Source of the DNA: Azolla caroliniana
Lineage: Eukaryota; Plantae; Polypodiophyta
Reading direction: 5' to 3'
DNA length: 15,867 nt
NCBI GenBank assembly: GCA_043228905.1
Contig: JBHGNT010000773.1
Coordinates: forward strand, 1 to 15,867
Positions within the stretch are counted from its first letter, which is position 1. Each line of letters begins with the position of its first letter. Below, one piece after another: positions 1 through 7,183 of the stretch. The position numbers were made by a program, and so were the translations under genes. Below the pieces are notes generated by a model that was not told the origin of the DNA, made no database searches, and saw only the letters and a list, made by a program, of their open reading frames with translations.

Positions 1-87
1 ATCTATGTACATTGGGATCTGTCAAAACCTTTTACAGCCAATAGAAATATCACAAAAATCTAGTTTCAAGCAGTGTTTCTGTTGGAT

Positions 88-252
88 TTTATTTATTTAT
101 TTATTTATAATTTTACTTTCGATGAATGGGTAAATATCCCATTTTTTTGTAAACCATTTGTCTCATGGGCCAATTTTGGCCTTAGAAGACGTTAATATAA
201 CTTTCTTTCTTTCTTTCTCTCTCTCACGATATGTATATGTGTGTGTGTGTGT
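88..252. repeat. cluster of short microsatellites: (TTTA)n ~88..108, (TTTC)n/(CT)n ~202..225, (TG)n ~238..253
   Basis: Directly visible simple repeats. Confidence 0.85.
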
Positions 253-740
253 GAGTGTATCCACACACATAAATATAAATGTAAACAAATAACTATCTCT
301 ATCTATCTACACATATATAAATATTTATAAGAAACATTAAAAAGTGTACTGAAGTTTTACTGAGTGATGATACATTTTTATTTCCTTGGATCATGAGTGC
401 TTGAGTCTAGATTGTGGACATTATTTTTTAACCATGAACTGTCTTTTATATAAACATAAATTTCATGAAAATCTAAAATTATGTGGAGAGACATACAAAT
501 TTATTTTTTTATAGATTTTGGACTGTTGACTTTACATATTTTCAGCTGGTAATAAATTTCTATAAAGGCTAGTTTTCATGAACCAATGCTTGCTTCATTC
601 CGTTTCTTGAAAAACTGTTTCAAATATCCACATATATTTTTTCCTAATGGAAAGCTTCAAAAGATTCATTTATGTTGTCCTGAAAGAAATCTATGAAATA
701 TCCACACGGAACTTTTTCCTAAAGAAAGTTCTGTTTGCAG

Positions 741-953
741 ACAGATGGAGAGAAAAGTAGTGTGCCAATTGATGTTGTGGGCATCTTTAGCAGTACAGTG
801 TGTGGTGAATGCCTCAAATATGGAGACCTCGAAAAAGGAAAATTCCAACAAGGTGTGCAGGACTTCATAAACAAGACTAGGATAGGAAAGGAGCATTTTG
901 ATCGTGATGGTCTGGTCCATGACATCTATTATGCAGTGCTTATTGTTACTGAG
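741..953 (+). CDS. internal coding exon (71 codons, phase 0/0) of the + strand gene
   Basis: Acceptor ctgtttgcag (AG 739..740), strong donor GAG|GTAAGT, no stop in 71 codons, codons frequently start with G. Confidence 0.75.
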
Positions 954-3900
954 GTAAGTGCTAACACATTTCTGGTTTCCTTTAAAGTTGCAAATGGGAG
1001 AGAAATGGAATATTTACATTAACATCTTCAAAAGGCCAAAGTAACCCATGAGACTAAATGTTACATACACTTGCGATTTGAATCTTATAGAATGTCTGGT
1101 AAATTTAAGCAAAAATCAATTGTTCCTAATCTAGGTAGTTAGGCTGCAATCAAAGTCAAATCACATAGCAACCAAACATAAAAGTTATACTTAGGATACA
1201 ATGTACAAAAGCAAGACATAGGTAGACCATGGGTGGATCAACCATGCACACCCGTGTAGGCGGATTTCATATAGTATCAATCTCCTCTGAATATAACTGT
1301 GTAGGGGATCATGGCTACCCTTGGGCAATGGTACCCTATAGCTTCTAATGGCGACAACATCTTCTCTGTGATGATCGGCATGCTCTTGAGCATCTGGTGC
1401 GGGCCAATGAAACAGCACAGTTAAGCAATATCCTTCTATTAGGTGAAGTTTTTACTTGGTCTGAGGTCTATTGCTATAGTCGTCAGAAGAAGTTGACATC
1501 TGCCTTTGTACATGCCTTCTATTAGGTGAAGTTTTTACTTGGTCTGAGGTCTATTGCTATAGTCGTCAGAAGAAGTTGACATCTGCCTTTATACATGCCC
1601 TTTTTTATGCTGGCTGCATGCTCAGAATAGATGTTGAATTCACGAATCTCTAAATAAAAATAACTCCAAAAATCTCTAAATTATAGAAGTTCATGACCCA
1701 AAAAAATGGTCCAGATCCCTGCCTAAAGTTGCAGTGGAATTATCCCCAAATACATGCTATGCGCATAACCTGAGGGACCAATTCTAATGCCAAATTTAAT
1801 GGTTTAGGTGTAGGATAAATAGGAAACCATTATTGTAGGACATTGAACAAACAAATAATGACAAATGGAAACTTGTGGTGGTTTTGGAACCTAAGGTGTT
1901 GGGCTATATAAAGGGAACTAGCTACCCCCATTATTACGGCATCTTGAGACATTGTCAAGTCTCTATTGGTGAGGCAAAGCTCTCTTCTATCAGATCCATT
2001 CATCTCAACTTCCAATATATAGCATAAGATAATATTCCGTGGTATGAGATACAGATGATATTTTATGTTGGTCTCTTGTCCTGTGCTTGGGGGTTGTTTG
2101 TGTGGTTAAGTACCGCCATTACACCATTTTTTATTAATCTAAGTATTCATTGCCTATCATTAGTATATTCTGAACTCATAATAATCTCACAATATAGTGT
2201 GAATTGTGAGTGTTGTGCGCCTTAGACTCACGCTATATGTGATTATGTCAATGGTACACCCAATATCAACAGACTACTGTGATGCCATGGGTGAATCAGC
2301 TATGTACACTCTTGTAGGCTCATGCCATATGACATAAATCTCCTCCATAGTGAACCGCTCACTTGGGGGATCATGGTCTCTTTTGTGCAATGATACTCTG
2401 TATCCTCTGATGGAAGCAAAATCTTGTAAGCGATGATCTGCATATTCTCAGGCGCTGGAGCATGCCAATTAAATAGCTCAGCCAAGAAATTTACCTCTAT
2501 GAGGTGCTGTTTGTTGTTGCTCTGAGGTCTCTTGACATGTCCTTCAAAAGAATTCCAACTTTTGCCTTTGCACTATATGCTGGCTGTATACTCAGAGTAG
2601 ACTCTAAATCTATAGATATCCAGTAAAAACAACCCCAAAGATCTTTTATCATAGAAGTTCACGCCCCACGGCCCAGGAAATATGCTCAAATTCCTGGCTA
2701 AAGTTGCAGTGGAATCTCCCTCGAATCCCGCAGCATACTGTGCACACTATATGTAATGCTTCTCAGACTTGTTCTGATGACAATGGTGGTGCACCTGATC
2801 CCAATCCTGATAAATGATGAATTTTCCTAAATAAGATCAGAGAAAACATGATACAAGCAAGTGCATCATATCGTCAATTGTAGATTATATGCATTATATT
2901 GCCATTGGCATTTGCGTTGTACTACTGTCTACACTAGTAGACACAGATGGTATAAACATGTGATTCAAACAAATTCTGATTCAGTGAACTCATGCTTGTT
3001 GGAGGGAAGATGTTTGCTAATTATAGAAGACTGAAAGGAATGGATCACCATCTAACTGAATGGTTTGTAATGAAAAGTAGGCTCTTTGTAATGTACGTCC
3101 CGAATCCAATTATGCTTTCATTCTTCATCCAGAGACATCAATTAATAATGCTATTGTCATTGGCCGACATTCTCTGATGATACACTCTGATGATGATAGT
3201 TCTGAAAATTGTAAAAAGTCAACAGAATAAGTTTGTTGAGTAGGGGCTATTTATTAATGCTAAATGCTTGATGAAATTGTGGCTAATCTTTATTTCATAT
3301 GCTTGATACAACAAAAGTACAATCTGCAAGCATTGCTGAACCCAATTTGTTATCATAGTGGACAACCTGAAGTGAAGGTCATTAGTGAGTCCTGTTGATC
3401 TTTTGAACTCATAGATTATGTTTGGATGTTTTTGAAGTCATGGTTTGGTTTTAATGAGTTTCTTTTGAAGTTCTGGTTTTTAGGATTGTAATCAAGAACT
3501 TATTGATGTGATATAAATGCAAGCTACAGAATTTTGTCACTGGTTTTATTTATGTTGAGATTTGGCTTCTCTCGGTTTCATCTTTGCTTGAATTGATTGA
3601 TTCATGTGTATTTCAATTGTGATGATGTTGCTTCGAGCATCAGAAAGATTTTCTGGTCAGACATCAAGAGAAGCTTTTTGCGCAAAATGTTTGTGCATAA
3701 GAAGCAGACCAGATTCAGTATCCTCAACTCAATTCTGAAATCATTCTTCACTGTCGTTAGACATTCAATTATAGATAGGCTCACTGAAATGAGGCTTTTA
3801 GTTCTTATTCCTCAACTCAAATGTTTGAATATGGATTTTGTGGTTATTTTTATCGACACTCTTTGGGAATCCATAGTTTTTTTGGTGATTATTTTCTTTA

Positions 3901-4564
3901 TGATGACAGTGATAATGATAATAATATTGCATGTTTGTTCTAGACTATGGGAACAGAGTGGGATAATCTCCATCTCACCTTCAGAGAAGCGGCATCTCGT
4001 GTAATTGAAAATTCTGTCCATGTCACTACTGGTGAATCAAATGCAAGGTACATCTCTTAATTTTATTTGTTCGGTCATCAATGGAACAACTACATACAAA
4101 GCCTAGCTTAATTTGATATATCAACTAAAAAAGTTCTAATGCAAAATGCCTGTTAAAAAAAACTCCATGTAAAATGCTGACCAAAAAAGTTATTAATTCA
4201 AAAGACGGCAGATTCAAAAAAGCTGATACTCTTTTTCATTTTTTCATGCATGCTGATGAGGCTGAGTTATAACGAAAATTGGCAATAAAAAATATTTAAT
4301 ACAAAAAGGGCAATGAAGCAAGATGCAAAATTTAAATATTCCATCTTTTTTTTTTTCATGATAATATGTCATAGGATCAAAGCAGCAAAGGCACTATATC
4401 TATTTGCAACACAAATCAGAGCATGTAGTCAAGATGCAGAGTTGAAGAGGCATAAAGCTTTGAAGGATGCTGAAGATTTAATCCAAAAAGAACAAGAAAG
4501 GCTCGCCAGATTACGACTATCACAGTCGTCGAAAAATAATATGCAGCCTGATGATCACACTTAA
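741..4564 (+). CDS. 3' part of a spliced gene, join(741..953,3944..4047,4375..4564); uncharacterised protein, candidate PD-(D/E)XK (CR-REase-like) nuclease fold with a C-terminal coiled-coil-like tail
   Basis: Canonical splice sites with compatible phases: ttgcag|741, 953|gtaagt (phase 0); ttctag|3944, 4047|gtacat (phase 2); tcatag|4375; stop TAA 4562..4564. The joined frame is stop-free: TDGEKSSVPIDVVGIFSSTVCGECLKYGDLEKGKFQQGVQDFINKTRIGKEHFDRDGLVHDIYYAVLIVTE|TMGTEWDNLHLTFREAASRVIENSVHVTTGESNAR|IKAAKALYLFATQIRACSQDAELKRHKALKDAEDLIQKEQERLARLRLSQSSKNNMQPDDHT*. Start codon not located. The family assignment is inference. Confidence 0.65.
1227..1740 (-). repeat. copy 1 of a diverged dispersed repeat carrying a decayed ORF (probable TE or gene relic) inside the long intron
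   Basis: Colinear similarity to 2285..2715: first 61 nt have 14 mismatches by manual alignment, and both copies end in the identical 18-mer ctaaagttgcagtggaat. Confidence 0.8.
1432..1597. repeat. 83-bp tandem duplication (1432..1514, 1515..1597)
   Basis: Two adjacent units differ at one position only (G1508 vs A1591). Confidence 0.97.
1834..2049 (+). mobile_element. possible degenerate LTR fragment followed by a tRNA-iMet PBS-like sequence
   Basis: TG start (tgtagga, 1834), TATATAAA at 1905..1912, TGGTATGAGA at 2040..2049 (9/10 match to TGGTATCAGA). No terminal CA and no second LTR. Confidence 0.25.
2285..2715 (-). repeat. copy 2 of the diverged dispersed repeat
   Basis: Aligns to 1227..1740 but lacks the 83-bp duplication; shared minus-strand peptide blocks STATL(G/A)R, YSE(H/Y)xASI, RPQ, HLIE, LF(H/N)W(P/H)AP, HDP, LIHPW. 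Confidence 0.8.
3944..4047 (+). CDS. internal coding exon (104 nt) of the + strand gene
   Basis: Acceptor gtttgttctag, donor AAG|GTACAT; encodes TMGTEWDNLHLTFREAASRVIENSVHVTTGESNA(R); phase matches the next exon. Confidence 0.7.
4375..4564 (+). CDS. terminal coding exon of the + strand gene
   Basis: Poly-T tract followed by the tcatag acceptor; (R)IKAAKALYLF...QPDDHT*; charged helical segment ELKRHKALKDAEDLIQKEQERLARLR. Confidence 0.72.
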
Positions 4565-5991
4565 AACCTGTATTTCACCAAACAGCTATTATTTCATAAT
4601 ATTGTGTAAAATTTTCTTTTTCCAGCATTTATTTGCTCATTTTTTCATATTCTTAATTGTATCAATATCTGCGTCGACATCAATATTATCATCATTTTAT
4701 TTGATAAAAAACATGCCACCCATGTATCATGTTCTTCGAGTTTACTTTCCCTTTTTGATCAATTATTTTCGATTGATTTTCTGAGTATGTATCTTGCTTG
4801 CACTCCAGACATTGGTTTGAGTCGAGCTTTCTGAACATCTATCTATTTGCTTTGCTATGGGTTCATGTATCTTTAATTCATTTGTCATTCCCACCCATGC
4901 ATCATTTTCTTCAAGTTTCCTTTCCTTTGATTGAATAGGCCACATTCCAAAATGTCCAGGCCGTAGAAATGATTCATTCCCGACAGTTTTTATTGTTAAT
5001 CACCTGATTTGCTCTGTGCAAATTGTGTATTTTGGTGGGTCCTTATTTGTTGATGCTATAAGAGCAATGTAACAAATTTCTGTGAAAAAAATATGAAATA
5101 GAGCTTTCCAAAGTTTAGGGGTTTGGGGTTTAGGAAAGCCAATGCCTCACACATAGAGAGTTTTACCATCCTTGAAAGGTAAAAAGAAAAGACCTATGGG
5201 ACACATTTGCTTCAGGAGTCCATTAACTCGAAAAACCTTTTAAAAGACCAAACTCTAAATTTTTTAACCTTTATAAATTGTTTACAACAAAGCTGTTGTA
5301 AACCTCTTAAACAATTTTAGCTAGTAATTTGCAGAAAAAATTGAAATGGAAAATGAAACTTCTAAATATATCAGAGCTTACTGTTTTCATATCAGAAATA
5401 TAACCTTACAAGCCAAAGTGAACTATGATTTTACAATTTCAAACCAAACTGTTTTCCAACCAAACCCTGTTAAGCTGGAGTTCAAACCAAGCTATTGACA
5501 ATTAGTGAACCACAAGCGTGGAGGAAGGTGATTGCTCCTCTCACATTAAATCGCATATGAGCAAGATGATGTGTTGGAACCTCATGTTTAATAGTTCTTC
5601 TCACTTGTCATTCCATGTAGCTATCTCAACATGCTAGGTTTATGTGATAATTTGTTATTCTCGACATCTTCGTTCCATTTTGAAGTATATGACTGCTCAA
5701 TAAGACATGATTTGATGTCTGCCTTCTCACCACCCGATATGATGATTGCCAATCCCTACATTTCACAGGGTCATACAGTAAATTAGAGAACGATCTCAAA
5801 GTTTGATCTGGTGTTAGTGAGGTTTTATGTTTGAGCCTCGGTGACATATGGGTCAATAGAAAGGCTACATTTTACTGACATTACTTAAGATTCACCCTGT
5901 TTTAGATAAATACAACCCCAATATGAAAAATACAAGACTTGGGGACTTATTATTCAAGAAGTTCTTACTAAAGTCTAGGATACATGTTGAA

Positions 5992-6582
5992 TCAAATCTT
6001 GTTTTGAGCCTCATAAGCAGCAAATGTGATGGCGGCTGCAAACTCTTCGTAGCTTATCTGGCCATCCCCATCGGTATCAGCTTCCTTCATCATCTCCGCA
6101 AGCTCCTGTTCCGACAAAACATGTCCTAACCGGGCCATAGAATTCGCCAGTTCGGTTTCACTCACATAGCCATTCCCATCACTATCAAAAGCTCGGAAAA
6201 GAGAACGCAACTGCTCCTCAGTGTAAAACATTGCTGTCATTGGTAATCGTTTCACATTATCATCATCATCTTCTTCTTCTTCTCCTATTATAGGATTGCT
6301 TACTTTGTCATGAGGTGGCTTTGTTAGAACCAGATTTACAAACTCTTGGAACTCGATCATGCCATTGTTATTGGTATCAGCCCTCTCTAGGAGGGATTCT
6401 AACTGTTGTTGATCTGGCTTTAACCCTAGGGATCTTAGGAGTGCCCCAAGCTGTAGTTCTGTAAGGCTTCCATCTTTGTCTTTGTCAAACCTGTAGAAAA
6501 TCTCTGCTAAATGTTGCTCATCTATCATCATTATCATCGGCGACGATGATGGCAATAATGAAGATGAAGATGATGCTTCCAT
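5992..6582 (-). CDS. CML18: calmodulin-like calcium-binding protein, CML17/CML18-like, four EF-hands
   Basis: EF loops DKDKDGSLTELQ, DTNNNGMIEFQE, DSDGNGYVSETE, DTDGDGQISYEE; subfamily-typical strings LGALLRSLGLKP, YTEEQL, ELANSMARLGH, AITFAAYE. The symbol marks the subfamily, not proven orthology. Confidence 0.93.
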   Translation of the reverse strand: MEASSSSSLLPSSSPMIMMIDEQHLAEIFYRFDKDKDGSLTELQLGALLRSLGLKPDQQQLESLLERADTNNNGMIEFQEFVNLVLTKPPHDKVSNPIIGEEEEDDDDNVKRLPMTAMFYTEEQLRSLFRAFDSDGNGYVSETELANSMARLGHVLSEQELAEMMKEADTDGDGQISYEEFAAAITFAAYEAQNKI

Positions 6583-7162
6583 CGATTGATCGTACTGATC
6601 CTAATTTTCAATGAGATGACCTTTTGTCACTCAAACCTTTTTAATCATCATAGAAGAAAACAAACATTTGTTATGAAAATAGCAAAGAGAAACATATTCT
6701 GAATTAAAATGACATAGAAACGTTATTTATTGATATAGGAATAACATATACAATCAAGTAAAACTCATATACAGCCTTTCCAAATGAAAGAAGGCCCAAA
6801 AATCAAATTTGAGACAAAGAGAGAAACATGGAAGAAAGGAGGAATCCACCATGTCTGTAGTGACAGAAATCAAATATGCTTAATCCTTAAATCCATATAT
6901 GCATAAGGGTATGTACATGTCTATTTATCTATCTACTTGTACATGTGTATGTGTGCATCTACATGTACATGTGTGCATGTATCATGTCTTTTGGCATTGA
7001 AAGTGAATTAAACCACTTCATGATACTGTGGCTATACGATTGAACATCATAATAATATGGTCTATAATAAAATTAAAAAAAACAAAGCAAAACAGAGGAT
7101 AAAAACTATTAAGATGATATGCCTTTAAATTGATGACAAGGGGAGAGAGAGATTGCCATTAC

Positions 7163-7183
7163 CTTGGATGGTGAAATCAACAT
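7163..7183 (-). CDS. probable first exon end of the CML gene with an in-frame ATG (MLISPSK), spliced across intron 6601..7162
   Basis: Donor AAG|GTAATG at 7163/7162 and acceptor aaattag| at 6601/6600. Splicing gives MLISPSK|DQYDQS-MEASS in frame with the ATG at 6582. Confidence 0.55.

Noticed and set aside
745-870. Alternative frame MERKVVCQLMLWASLAVQCVVNASNMETSKKENSNKVCRTS*, resembling a signal-peptide-bearing small protein
   Set aside because: It is the shifted frame of a stop-free exon with coding-like codon usage; such frames often look rich in M/W/C/V. The intron needed to extend it would be purine-rich and atypical.
2815-2820. Tandem TGA TGA as possible selenocysteines
   Set aside because: Land plants lack the Sec machinery, no SECIS was seen, and TAG/TAA stops also occur in the neighbouring segments.
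2775-3740. Many TGATGA / CTGA motifs suggesting an intronic C/D-box snoRNA cluster
   Set aside because: No convincing terminal stems and no recognisable rRNA or snRNA antisense guides; the motifs fit Asp-codon runs and AT-rich chance.
5114-5134. tttagggg tttgggg tttagga, telomere-like
   Set aside because: Only three degenerate units; too short to call an interstitial telomeric repeat.
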